Assembly (NCBI GenBank): GCA_951406725.2 | Contig: OX597815.1 | Location: 61,008,001 to 61,072,000 of the forward strand | Source: Octopus vulgaris | Taxonomy: Eukaryota | Reading direction: 5' to 3' | Length of the DNA: 64,000 bases | Shown here: positions 26,271 through 38,949 of the stretch, one piece after another | How the letters are laid out: each line of letters begins with the position of its first letter | Position numbering within the stretch: position 1 is the first letter of the stretch | Notes under the pieces: generated by a model | Database searches by the model: none | The model's input: the letters and a program-made list of their open reading frames with translations, nothing else | Told to the model about the DNA's origin: nothing | Position numbers and translations under genes: made by a program

Positions 26271-27749
26271 TCAGACCTGTTTAAAGGTTTTAAGGGATTC
26301 ACAGATTCATTTTGTGCAAAAGGTATTTTATTTCTGTCTTGTTCTTGAATTTCAGAACCATACTGTGTGACATTATGTCAAGATCTCGAGATCACGCGAG
26401 TCAGTTAATCCTGTCAACACTAGAACTTGCTTTCAACGTTTTGATATTTTTACCAAAACATAATTTTTTGTCAGAATACAGAATTGATTCCCTTTGGGAG
26501 GTTGTTAATATCAGTTCTAGGATTGTTCGTCCGAAAATGTTCGGAATGGTTACTTCCTGATATTATTATATAGTTGACATTTTCATTTATATCTTGGGAT
26601 TTAAGGGCTTTTGTAGATATCTCTTTTTAATGGGCTGTGATATAACGGACAAATTGTAAAAAAAAATATATATATATAAAACATTACACTTCCTGTCCAT
26701 ACTGGAATCATTTTTAAGCTTTCAGAAAACATACAGGCATAAGCGTTTGTTGCTCCACAGAATATTTCTAATCCAGACCTTTCGTTTCTGTACAGTCATC
26801 GCTGTCTCTGAACTCGCGTACATTATCTTCAAGTAAATGCTCCCTCGCGTATTTACTCCCCACCCCGCTTTTGAGAATTTGTTCAGTGTACTTATTATTG
26901 GTGTTGATGTTCAGGAGCATCGTCTGAGTAAATCTAAACGATACTCAAAATATGCCTGAAAACATTTTAAACCTCTTTCTTCAGTATTTTTATCTGAAAT
27001 AATGATCATTGATATTATTCTTGTGGAACTTATTACATGATGAGTTTTAACATGCATCGAAGCAGATTTCCTCAGCCGTCAGGTATCCAAAAAACATAGT
27101 CCCAGTAAATGTACGGAAAATTCGTTGGATATTGCATTGATGTCAAAAGAAAATCTTCGATGCCATGTTTTTGATTCCTCTCTCTTTATTCACGCCACTG
27201 TCGTGATAGCTTCATCAATAGCCAGATATTGCTAATACTCCTTATATGTAATGCATATATATGCGCATGCGTACGTGTGCGTTTTATATGAGATATGAAT
27301 ATCTGAATATAAGTACGCATGCATATACGTATATATGTAAGCGTCTATATTTGCATGTATGTTTGTAGATATGTATGTATTAATACACACACACACACAC
27401 ACATGTGTGTGCATGCGTGCGTGTAATCATTGGTGATGGTGGGTCTTTTCTTACATTTTTCAAAATTCTTTCCTAAAAAGCTACAAGGCAAAAATTGCCA
27501 GCCAATCTGAAAGAATTGATTAGTTCAGTAATCTTGGAATATTGTCAAGGAAGCGAATTCTAGCGAACTTCACTATCAGAGAAAAACACAACTTCCGATG
27601 AGGTTTGCCTGAATTATCTAATTAAAGGGAAATCAATTAATCAATCATGTTACCCCTTAATGTATGGCCCGTCTAATTTACCTGTCTGTCTATCAACTTT
27701 GTAATCGATCTACATTTATACATACACATCCACACATTTATTTCTTTGC

Positions 27750-27840
<91 letters not shown>

Positions 27841-27967
27841 CCTACCTACCTATCTATCTATCTATCTATCTGTCTATCTATCTATCTAACTTTGTTTCTC
27901 TGTCTGCCTCTGCCTGTCTGTCTGTCTCTCTGTCTCGCTCTCTCTCTCTCCACCTCTCTCTATATAT

Positions 27968-28004
<37 letters not shown>

Positions 28005-28007
<3 letters not shown>

Positions 28008-28215
28008 AATGTGACCGCGTGTGTACCGTTGGCGATTTTTTTCCTCTGTCTTCCCTTCTCTGGATCTTTCCTTCTCCTATGTTTCCGACGAAGAGCTCCG
28101 CTCGAAACGTTAAACCCTCCTTCTTTCCATCTTTCCTGAGCGTTCAATAATAATATATTTGTTCCACGTCCTCGCGTTGTTGTGTTTTTTTGTGCTTTCT
28201 TGTTTGGATTAACTT

Positions 28216-28218
<3 letters not shown>
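28005..28218 (+). mobile_element. Penelope-like terminal repeat between (TA)n runs, with a minimal hammerhead-like motif; a partial reverse copy lies at 63871-63960
   Basis: GTTT CCGACGA A GAGC TCC GCTC GAAA CGTT AAAC at 28081-28115. The tail TTCCTGAGCG..TTGTTCCACGT..TTTGGATTAAC matches the reverse complement of 63871-63960. Confidence 0.6.
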
Positions 28219-28301
<83 letters not shown>

Positions 28302-28317
28302 GTAGGTATAACTATTA

Positions 28318-28815
28318 TACATGGTCTGATCATTAAGTATCCGGACTGTTGTCACAGTAACAAGGCTAAAGCATGCAGAGTGAAGCCGCTTGACACACAT
28401 TGACCTTGAACTCTGCTGTGCACGCGCAATAAGTTTCAACGTTCCAACTCATTTCTGCTGTTTACAGCAGTGTTTCGAAGGAAGGTGTGTCGCGTGTGAT
28501 CGTCACATTGACAATGACAAAAAGTTATGGAGGTACCTGCTCAGAGGCCTACACAAAGTTGCAGAAAGTGTATGGAGCCACACACGAGTGTATGAGTGGT
28601 TCAGACGGTTCCAAGATGGCCGAAAAAATGTCGATTATGACGAACGTTCTGGAGGACCCGCAACCAGTAGAACTGAGAAAAACATTACAGATGTGCATGC
28701 AGCTGTGAGGGAAAACCCGTCAAATCATCATCCGTGAGTTATCAGAGGATGTGCAGATTAGTTAGGTTCAGTTCAGTTCATTATCATTGAAGATTTGAGC
28801 ATGAGACGTGTGTCG
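28318..28815 (+). mobile_element. Mariner 5' fragment (TIR plus HTH region of transposase), truncated by a SINE
   Basis: TIR-like TACATGGTCTGATCATTAAGTATCCGGAC. Peptides EAYTKLQKVYG, RVYEWFRRFQDGRKNVDYDERSGGP and IRELSEDVQIS..EDLSMRRVS. Confidence 0.85.
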
Positions 28816-29070
28816 CAGCTTCGATTCCCAAACCGGGCGTTGTGAGTGTTTATTGAGCGAAAACACCTAAAAGCTTCACGAGACTCCGGCAGAGGGTGGT
28901 GCCGGTCTCTGCTGTACTCTTTCGCCACAATTTTCTCTAAGTCTTTCTTCTGTTAGCCTGCTCGCTTAGCCAGCGGGGTGGCCTCATTTGAAGGCTAAAA
29001 CAATGCGAAGCGCATTGTGATCAGCGATATGTAGCAACATCTGATAGCCTGGTCGGTCACGATGATCACA
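28816..29070 (+). mobile_element. SINE family B (tRNA-derived), lacking most of the head
   Basis: TTCGATTCCCAAACCGGGCGTTGTGAGTGTTTATTGAGCGAAAACACCTAAAAGCT matches the reverse complements of 40945-41093 and 62909-62990. Confidence 0.75.
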
Positions 29071-30109
29071 TTTGTGTGTGTGTATGTGTGTGGATGTGTA
29101 AGAGTGTGTGTGTAGAAGTATAAATATGTACACAGAAACATACACACGCATTAACAGTCACACTTTCTTGTCATCAAAATCACAATTATCTTCTCGCAAT
29201 TCCGTCGTTGTCAAACGTCGAACATGTGCATCAACCCCACATGCGTAACTTTTATAGCTCCATTGATTTTAATATATCCTTTTTCCTCTTCCTTTCCTTC
29301 CCAAATTTCCTTGGACTTTTGTCTTGTATCCGAAGAAGATCTATGTCCGAATCGTAATACCTTTTAGTTTTTCCATTCAGCTTTCAGCGTCAACCTAGTA
29401 ATACTGTCTCTTTTACTTTTGTTCTTTTTGTTTTAATGATTTTGTTTTTGCTTTTGCCTGTATATGTACCTAATCCTTTCTCTGTCTCCTTCCATTTTCT
29501 CTTTTATTCCCTCCCTCTTCTTCTGTCTCTCTTTCTCTCTGTCCATTTCTCTCACTCTCTCTATCTTTGTCTTTCTTTTCACTGATACTATTTCTTAGCC
29601 AACTCTCTTGATCTTCCTTTCTGACTTTCCTGAATATTTAGCTTATTCTTTCTTCATGTCTTTTGCTGCTACTGCTACTGTTAGTTTTGCGATTCTCAGA
29701 ATTCCTAGCATTATTCTGTCTTTTCTTTTACGAACGTTATTCCAGTTCGATGCTCTTAAATCCTTGTCTTTTTCTCTTAATTATTGTGTCACCAAAGTCA
29801 TTAAATGCCTAGCGCTCAGTTTGTAATCAGCGGTGCTCTATATTTAATTGTTCTCTTCCGTTGATCGTTTCCAAGTCCTACTTCGATTTTTACTGCATAT
29901 ATCCTGCACACACATACACACACGTAACAATACATGTGCTTTTCTCTAGACTGACTGCTCTTTCCTCTTTTTCCTCTTCTCTGGATTGTTTCCTCTGTCC
30001 GACGAAAAGCCAAGCTCGAAACGTCACTTCCACTCCTAGTTTTCCATCTAAAACTTCCACCAAGCGTCACTGTACACGTCTAATTGACTTTTGTTGCTTT
30101 TTCCTGTTT

Positions 30110-30141
<32 letters not shown>

Positions 30142-31862
30142 CGTGTAGGTATGTATGTATATACACATATGTGGGTATATATGTATATATGTAGTTATAT
30201 ATATGTATGTGTGTGCTGTGTATGTATTTACACACACTCACACACATACACTAACGTACATGTTTGAATGTCTATTTCTTTGTGTATGTGCATTTCTGCT
30301 ACACGTTTATATTTACCGATATAATCACATCAGCTGACAGTTTCGCCACCACCACCACCACTACCACCATGTTCACCTCAACTACTGCTTCTACCACTGT
30401 CACCATTGTCATTTATACTTCAACAACGACGACAACGACCACCACCACCAACAACAACAACAACCACTGACCATTTGAATTGGTTTTGTGAGAATGTAAA
30501 GCAAATATGATGTGTCAGCTGTAGCAGTGGCATAATCAAGCTATCCGTCAATGTCGTTGGTTGTTGTCCAGTGAGTGGTAAGACAGGTTATGCTGGAAGT
30601 GGGGAGTGAGAGAGATCAGGTTGAGATCAGGAATAGAGATACACTGAGTGACTGAGTAAATACGTCGGTAGTTGAATGAATAAGAAACTGAGTGAATGAG
30701 TCAGTGGTGGCTGAACGATGGGGAAACATTTCTGTGGTAGTCAGTAAAGGGAGTGAGAATATTGGGAATGAGTGAACGATCGATGCATATTTGCCTGATG
30801 AGTGATGAAGGTGTGGTTAATGACAGAATGAGAATGTGTGAGTGTAGGAACAAGTGCCGGGTGAGTGCAGGATGTTCTAAATGAAGGCATAATCTGTTTG
30901 AGTGGTTAAAGTGACGACCAACAAACAGACATAACAGACAGATATAACAATGAGTCAACAAATGAACAAATTGACAGATTAACGAAATAAATACTGACTC
31001 TAGCGATAAATAGCTAGATCAATACGAGAATGTATGAATAACAGACCTATAAATTGCATAAATACATAAATAAAGGACAGATCGCGGGCAAACCCGACCT
31101 AAACTGAGGGACTAATGCCCCATAAATTTATGACCACGTTGAATGACCGTAGATTCATTAATGGCGGTGCATGTAGCCTATGACATCCCTCATGAACCGA
31201 TAAAGCCACAGTCCACCTAATCGACTTCTGATAAACAGAACGAAATCGAAACAACAGATCTGCGAAAGACACTTGATCAGTAGACGAATAATTAATGGAA
31301 TAATTGATCCAGTGAAATCAATGGATTAACAAACTAGGGCGATATTAATAAAGCAATAGATAAAAGAAAAGAACTACGCTACAAATGATCAGACAGATCA
31401 ATAGAGGAACTTACCAATATATAAGTACTTCAATAATTATACATTGGGCCAATGGACCAATTTATTAATAGTTTGAAACTTTTCAATAGTCAAATAAAGT
31501 TTGAATATTGTAGAATGGACCAAGGATTTCATGGATCAATAAGAATTTGGGAGATCAAAAGACCGATAAGTTACGAGATCGGTTTGAAAAAAAACATTCA
31601 AATACTTGAATAGAATAACAAAGCTTATGATTAATGATTTATGTGTCTTTATGATAATCGTCTGTCAATTGAAATGACTGCGGCCCAGCTAAAGATATCG
31701 GAAATGGTAAAGTTTCTTGTCATGTAGGAAATAGTTTTATTGAAGGTTTCTGGAAAGAAAATCTTTATTTACGGGCAACACGAGACATAGACATCAGACA
31801 TAGACATCATGCGTCATGGGAAATTTTCCTTCATTTCAGAATTAAGACTAAATTTCAGTTAA

Positions 31863-32107
31863 CCCTCCGCTTTCACCCATTCCTCTTTTGTTACAATATT
31901 TTTATCAAAACACACTGCCCTGGTTTCAATCAATTTTGAAAATAATAAAGAATTTGATCAAATAATTTTTTCATTATTAAGCTGGTGTTTGGAACGGAAA
32001 TTTACATAAAATTTTGATGTAAGGAACGTTTAATTTACTTTACTTTCAAACAAGTAGTTTGTTTTATGGAACCAAGATCGGTCCCTCACGAGTTGGTATC
32101 AAAGGGG
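31863..32107. mobile_element. piggyBac-type MITE
   Basis: TTAA|CCCT....AGGGG|TTAA, i.e. a TTAA duplication with CCC/GGG termini. About 245 bp, non-coding. Confidence 0.55.
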
Positions 32108-32519
32108 TTAACAAAAGGGTATGTGGTAGAGTCAATAGAGGACCAAGTGATGTTTATTTCAATTTTGTCTATCCCAAGTTCACATTCCACCGAAGTCGCC
32201 TTTGGCTATCGTCCTTTCAGGGTCGACAAATAAACCATAATTTTGGGCGATGATTAGTTGAACGATAAGAACATTTACTCGGATACCTTGCAGTGTTTGT
32301 TGCCACCCTTTGTGATAGACTTAATCCGTCACCCGGTTTAACACCTACCTCCACCTGACCTCTGGGTTCCTTTAGCTGTCAGCAATCTCACCAGACTTCT
32401 GGTTAAAGACACCACCTTCCCTCCCACTACACTCAGAGGCTCTGTAAAGAGTGACGGGCAATGCTTTTCTCACATCACTATAAGATAAAAGCCAAAAATG
32501 TCAGCGAGATACTGATGAC

Positions 32520-32523
32520 GCTG

Positions 32524-32599
<76 letters not shown>

Positions 32600-32660
32600 G
32601 GAGGAGGAGGAGGAGGAGGAGGAGGAGGAGGAGGAGGAGGAGGAGGAGGAGGAGAAGGAG
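32520..32660. repeat. Compound trinucleotide repeat (CTG)n(ATG)n(AGG)n
   Basis: Directly visible, with in-phase transitions between the three motifs. Confidence 0.95.
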
Positions 32661-33379
32661 AAAGATTGTGGTGGTTGTTGGTGTTTAACCCCAGGTCAGC
32701 TCCTGATTAAAAACATCAGCAATTATAAGATGGGCTGTGAACTTATCCAATGTGTCCTTTTTTGTTTGTTTTGTTTTTAAGAGTAGAACGATGATTTGAG
32801 CGACTTTTGACGGATCTCTTCAAAATTCTCCCAACCGCTTCAAGTATTTCGAATTCTCATCAGACATTTTGCAATTTTTTTACTCTGATGTAGTTTCGCA
32901 TGCTGACGACGAAAATCGCGTTCATTTATTTTTTTCCTAGAAACTGATAGTAAAATAGTCCCAAACATTTAAATTTATGTAATTTATGTAACGATTACGT
33001 TAGTGAAGAGATTGGTGGTAGTGGCGATGCTTGCAGTAGTTGAGGTGGTGGTGGTGGTGGTGGTGGTGTTGGTGGTGGTAACTATAATGGTGGTGGCGAT
33101 GATAAGAATATCGAAAACGACGACGATGATGATGAAAAAGGACAACAAAATAAAAAATAGCGCAACAAAACAGCGTCAAAACCACCACCACCACCAACAA
33201 CAACAATAACAACAACAAAAACACGTGATAGACGCTAGGTTTTTCTGGTATGGGTGAAGATAGGAGTTGGTCATGTGAGGGCGATATGTCAACTATAATT
33301 ACAGTTATTAATTGAACTTCACACACACACACACACACGCGCACAGATAATTGTTTCGGTGTGTGTGTGTGTGTGTGAA

Positions 33380-33426
<47 letters not shown>

Positions 33427-33633
33427 CAGTGTGTGTGTGTGTAATAGCATAGCCAGCGTACAAATCATGATTAATATTTGTAACTACGTATATATATATA
33501 TCATACGTACATACTTACATACGTATATACTTACATACGTGTATAAAATCAATGACACATACATATCTACATAGATACACGCACACACATACATACATAT
33601 ATACATATATACGTATTTACATATGTATTTACA

Positions 33634-33674
<41 letters not shown>

Positions 33675-33769
33675 TATATTTATATATTTTACGTAAGTAT
33701 TTATACGTGTGCGTGGATAGACACACGTGAACGCATATAACAACAATAATAACGATAATAATTATAATT

Positions 33770-33800
<31 letters not shown>

Positions 33801-33964
33801 CTCCAGAATAATGAATTAATGTATGCATATGTGTGTGTATACATATATCATGTATGGAGCACTCCGTTGGTTATGACGACAAGGGTCCCAGCTGATACGA
33901 TCAACGGAACAGCTTGTTCGTGAAATTAACGTGCAAGTGGCTGAGCACTCCACAGACACGCGTA

Positions 33965-34204
33965 CGCTTATCAGATTGACATCCAAACACTCTGAAATTG
34001 GAGCTTTCAGCGCAAATGCCAAGCTTTACAGCATGTTGCTTCCAAATTTCAGGACGAGTGAATTGCGTCATGGTGCTATTTTTCTCACAGACGGTGCCCG
34101 ACTAACCCTACTACAGTGTGTAGTCGACAAAATCAAAAACAAACAATACACATGCGCGAATTTAAAAATATAAAATGGCGACAATTTGCCCATAGCGCTC
34201 TGTA
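33965..34204 (-). mobile_element. Tc1/mariner-superfamily 5' end fragment
   Basis: The minus strand starts TACAGAGCGCTATGGGCAAATTGTCGCCAT (TIR-like). It then reads MTQFTRPEIWKQHAVKLGI.. and, after a frameshift, ISECLDVNLISV (HTH-like). Confidence 0.5.
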
Positions 34205-34242
34205 TGTACGTATGTATGTACATACATACATACATACATACA

Positions 34243-34316
<74 letters not shown>

Positions 34317-34822
34317 AAGTATATAATTTTATAAATATAATTATATAATAAAGGCAATTACGAGGTAATGACACATGCTAGAAGAAGACGCCAAATGGCT
34401 CTAAACTATCTATCATATAGACACGCACTGAAAACGAGGGCATGAACAAAAAAGATTTTTTGAAAAACTTTAGCCATATATCGATCGATTTCAGGTTTAG
34501 TGATGTAATACACTCTACCATGACATAACAAAAATTACATAATTATAAACATTTGTATACACCATAAGAAAACACACCTTGTCCGTATGGTATGTATAAA
34601 TGTTTTATTGGTCTCTCGCTCAACTGCGCCCTACACATAATAATCAAGGGGGGTGCAGTCTGGAGAGTTAGGTGACCAGATGTTAGGGGTGATGTGGTCA
34701 CAGAAATTGTCTGACAACCATGTAATTGCCCTTATTGTAATTTTATAATTATATTTATGAAATTAAATACTTTGTATTAATTTTTACCTTAATTGGTTTT
34801 TATGTGCTAGCTACTTGATAAA

Positions 34823-34857
<35 letters not shown>

Positions 34858-34896
34858 TTATAATATATTATATTATATCATATTATATTATATATA

Positions 34897-34937
<41 letters not shown>

Positions 34938-35036
34938 TGTGTAAGTACGCATGCATGCTTATACGCACCTGTGCACGCACTCGTACACACACACACACAC
35001 GCACACACACACACATGCACACACACACACACACAT

Positions 35037-35071
<35 letters not shown>

Positions 35072-36013
35072 CACACACACACATGTATTCGCGTCAGTAT
35101 ATATGTCCTCCACAGAATAGTTGTATGCAATACGGCTCACTATATCATTCGCAAGAACGGAAGGCCCATACTAGCAGCAACAACAACAGCAGTAACACTA
35201 ATGCTAACACCATCACCTCCCGCATTCCTAACACAATTACCAACAAGATCTGAAAGAGTCAATATGTAATCGCTCAACCTGTTAAAAATGGCAGCTAAAT
35301 GTCTCTAAAATCACTACGTACTTCCTTCAAAAAAGAAGCACTTTGACAATGTTGAGATGGTCTTCGACTAGGGCTAACCTAGGGCTAAATAACAGCTACA
35401 TCAGTAGCAACACCACCGCCATCACCACCACCATCTACTACTACTACTACTCAGTGATATACTTAAGTTGATTCTGTCGACTACAGCGCTCACTTAAAGA
35501 TTCCTCCTCAAAAAATAAAAAATAGTAAAATTTCTCTGTGGCCAAGCTGTCATCAGCTTCTCCAAGAACCACTTGAAGAGCAAAACGAGGGAGATAGAGA
35601 GAGAGAGGGAGGGGAGAGGAGGTGAGAGAGAGGTGAGGAGAGAGGGGGCAGTGCAGTTTTCTAGCGTGTTTATGGACAGGTAGGTGAGTGAGTGGGAAAC
35701 AGGTGAGCTTGAAGGGGTCTTACCTGCTCTGAGTAAATAGAAAACTAGGAAAGAAAAGTTTTGTTGTCTTAGACATGACGACAGAGCAATCCAGGACCTT
35801 TATGTGAGATTTCTCCCTTATTATCCAACGTAGATTGTCCAGCCATTGGCAAATATTCCTTGTGTTATATTTTTATATTTTGTTTTATTTTTATACCTAA
35901 TAAAGAAACGATTATTATTATCATTATTATTATCTTCCTTCAATTTTGTTTCCATTTCTTGCCGAGCGTCTTCTCAACACCTAGGTCAAAGAAACTCTCT
36001 GTTTATTATTAAT

Positions 36014-36049
<36 letters not shown>

Positions 36050-36071
36050 GTTATCATCATCATCATCATCA

Positions 36072-36129
<58 letters not shown>

Positions 36130-36149
36130 CATTATTATTATTATTATTA

Positions 36150-36181
<32 letters not shown>

Positions 36182-36737
36182 GAGTGAGAGAGCAGTGCAT
36201 GCCATCAAAGTGACACTGGGATAAAATATACAAAGCCCAGTATACCCATCATGACTACCCGTCTGATAAGGGTACACTAGGCACATGTATCACAACCATC
36301 TGTGCGTGAAATGGTGATCTCATATCAAAATAAACAGCACATGATCTTGCAGGTGGAGCCCAGTTAAAATCTTCTTCTGGTCGAGTGACCCATCCCTCTC
36401 AAAAGCTCCCTGAATAAGGTTTGTTTAAGGATGTTGAACGAAACACCCATGTTTCTAGAGGTGAATTATCCAAACCCCAAAGAATCCCTCTCAACACATG
36501 GCTATGATGCTCCCCCAATACTTCTGCTCGTGATCAGAGATGCACATATCGTCAGCCACTAAGAGACATGCTCAACTGGTTAAGGTCAAACAACTGACAA
36601 GCAAATCTGTATTATTGAGCAGAATATTTGCTGTAGCCCATCTTTTATACCAAGACAAAACAATGTACATGATAACACTTCGGATCAGTTAAGATCAGAA
36701 GCCACGAGAACCACTGCCTGGTACTGCATCAGGGCAT
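36182..36737. mobile_element. Unclassified ~555-bp non-coding insertion in the (ATT)n array
   Basis: Complex sequence bounded sharply by ATT/ATC repeats on both sides, with no ORF homology I recognise. Confidence 0.55.
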
Positions 36738-36856
<119 letters not shown>

Positions 36857-36872
36857 CATTATTATTATTATT

Positions 36873-38047
36873 CAGTAGTTTTATTTTTATAGTGTGCTTT
36901 CACTTCACTACCGAGCGCAGCTCTGTGTGCCTTGGGTATGTGCTGTGATTTGTTGTGATGCTCTGATGGTTATTGTATGGAAAGTGTTCTGCGTAGGATG
37001 TGTGCAGTGCCTAGTAGTGCAATTTTCTGTATGTTATATGTTTGTAAGTCCTGGTGTTTTTGCTATGTATTTGTCTGAATATTTTTTTATCATGCCTAAT
37101 GCACCTACTATGATAGGAATTGTTTCTATTTTTAGATTCCACTTTCTGGTTACCTCTATTTCCAGGTCTTTGTATTTTGAAAGTTTCTCCATTTCTTTTA
37201 GAGACACGTTATCATCTGCCTGTATTGATACATCAATTAGAAAGCATTTTTTCCTTCATGATCCCTGACAACTATATCTGGTCTGTTGGCCTTAATTTCT
37301 CTATCTGTCATGTCTGTGAATATATTCCTTCTTAGCCAGGACTGGGCAGCCAGAGATAATATGATTTATTGTTTCTTGTCCATCTCCACATATTCTGCAG
37401 TTACTAGTTATATTTCTTTTCATTACAGGTTTTTGGTAATTTCTGGTGGGGATGCTTTGGTCTTGTGCTGCAATTAAAAATCCCTCTGTCTCTGCTTTGA
37501 GTCCTGAGCTTCTCAACCATTGCTGGGATTTTTCTTTGTCTATTTCTTTTGCGTTTAGTTCAGTCCAGTATTTACCATGAAGAGGCTTTTCTTGCCATCG
37601 TTTTATCATGGTTCGTTGCTGTTCTATTTTTAGTTTGGATTTCCTTTGTTTTATAGTTTTTGTTGTTTCTTCTTCTTCTTCTTCTTCTTCTTCTTCTTCT
37701 TCTTCTTCTTCTTCTTCTTCTTCTTCATATTTATTAGGTGGTATGATTTCTTGTTTGTATTTGTCAGCTTCCTTAAATACTGAGAACAGTTTTTTGTTTT
37801 GCTCGTGTTTTGCCGCTATTTGTATCAGTTTTCCTTCTTTCTGAAGTAGATATTTTTGCAGTCCTATGGTGGTTATTTTATAGTAGTTTTCCAGCTGAAT
37901 AAGGCCTCTACCACCTTCTATACGTTGTATATATAGTCTTTCTATGTCAGATTTTGGGTGATGCATCCTAGATCCTGTCATTATTTTTCTTGTTTTCCTA
38001 TCTATTTTGGTCAGTTCATTTAGTGTCCAGTTAAGGATATTGTAGCT

Positions 38048-38049
<2 letters not shown>
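36873..38049 (-). mobile_element. R4/Dong-type LINE, 5'-truncated (post-RT region, CCHC finger, restriction-like endonuclease)
   Basis: HHPKSDIERLYIQRIEGGRGL, WQEKPLHG, ETEGFLIAAQDQ, CRICGDGQETINHIISGCP, HRHD, PDIVV..FLIDVS..KLSKYKDLEIE. Flanked by (TAA)n on both sides. Confidence 0.92.
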
Positions 38050-38134
<85 letters not shown>

Positions 38135-38488
38135 GCTGCGGAATACGTATGACGTTCCTTCGAACACGCTTCGTAAGTTATGGTTTACATTGTGCTTTTC
38201 ACCTTGTTTGTACAAATATATGTTATTAAGTTTTCTTGTAAATTGACAATAAGAACACTAAGAACCTGTTGATAGGCTTTCGGTGGCTATTTCTGCCCCG
38301 TGAGGGGCAGTATATATTCATTTAATTATCGATTGCATTCAGAAAACTCCCCATCTTCTGTAAGAAACACAAACACACAAGATGGCATAGTCATCATCAC
38401 TATTATCATCGGCATCAACAACCATGGAAGTGCTTAAAAGGAAAGCCCTCTCACACAAGAAGACTTTCCCCACTCATATCACTCACTC

Positions 38489-38551
<63 letters not shown>

Positions 38552-38949
38552 GCAACACTAACAACAACAACAACAACAACAACAATAACAACAACAACAG
38601 TAGTAGTCTAAGCGATGCGAAAGCTTGTGAAGCTTATGAAATTAGTTACAACAAACAGCAGCAGCAACAGGAGTGTTGATGTTAGAGGTGGCGGAAACAG
38701 CGGTGGAGGCAGCAAAGGCTGCGATGCGACGACAAGTAGTAACAGTAAAAAAAAACAGCAACAATACCAGCAGCAGTCGCAGTGATAGGAACACAGACGG
38801 CGGTAGCAGAACCAACAATAGCAGGGGTGGAGAATAAATTGAAGGCAGCAGTGGTAGCAACAGCAGCAGTAGCAACAACAGTAACAACGGCAATAAAACC
38901 AACACCAACAATACCAACGAGAACACCAATACCAATATTACTAACAAGA

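Noticed and set aside
31648-31749. Minus-strand frame ETFNKTISYMTRNFTISDIFSWAAVISIDRR resembling GPCR TM2/DRY motifs
   Set aside because: The spacing between the motifs is far too short and the frame stops immediately, so it is probably coincidence.
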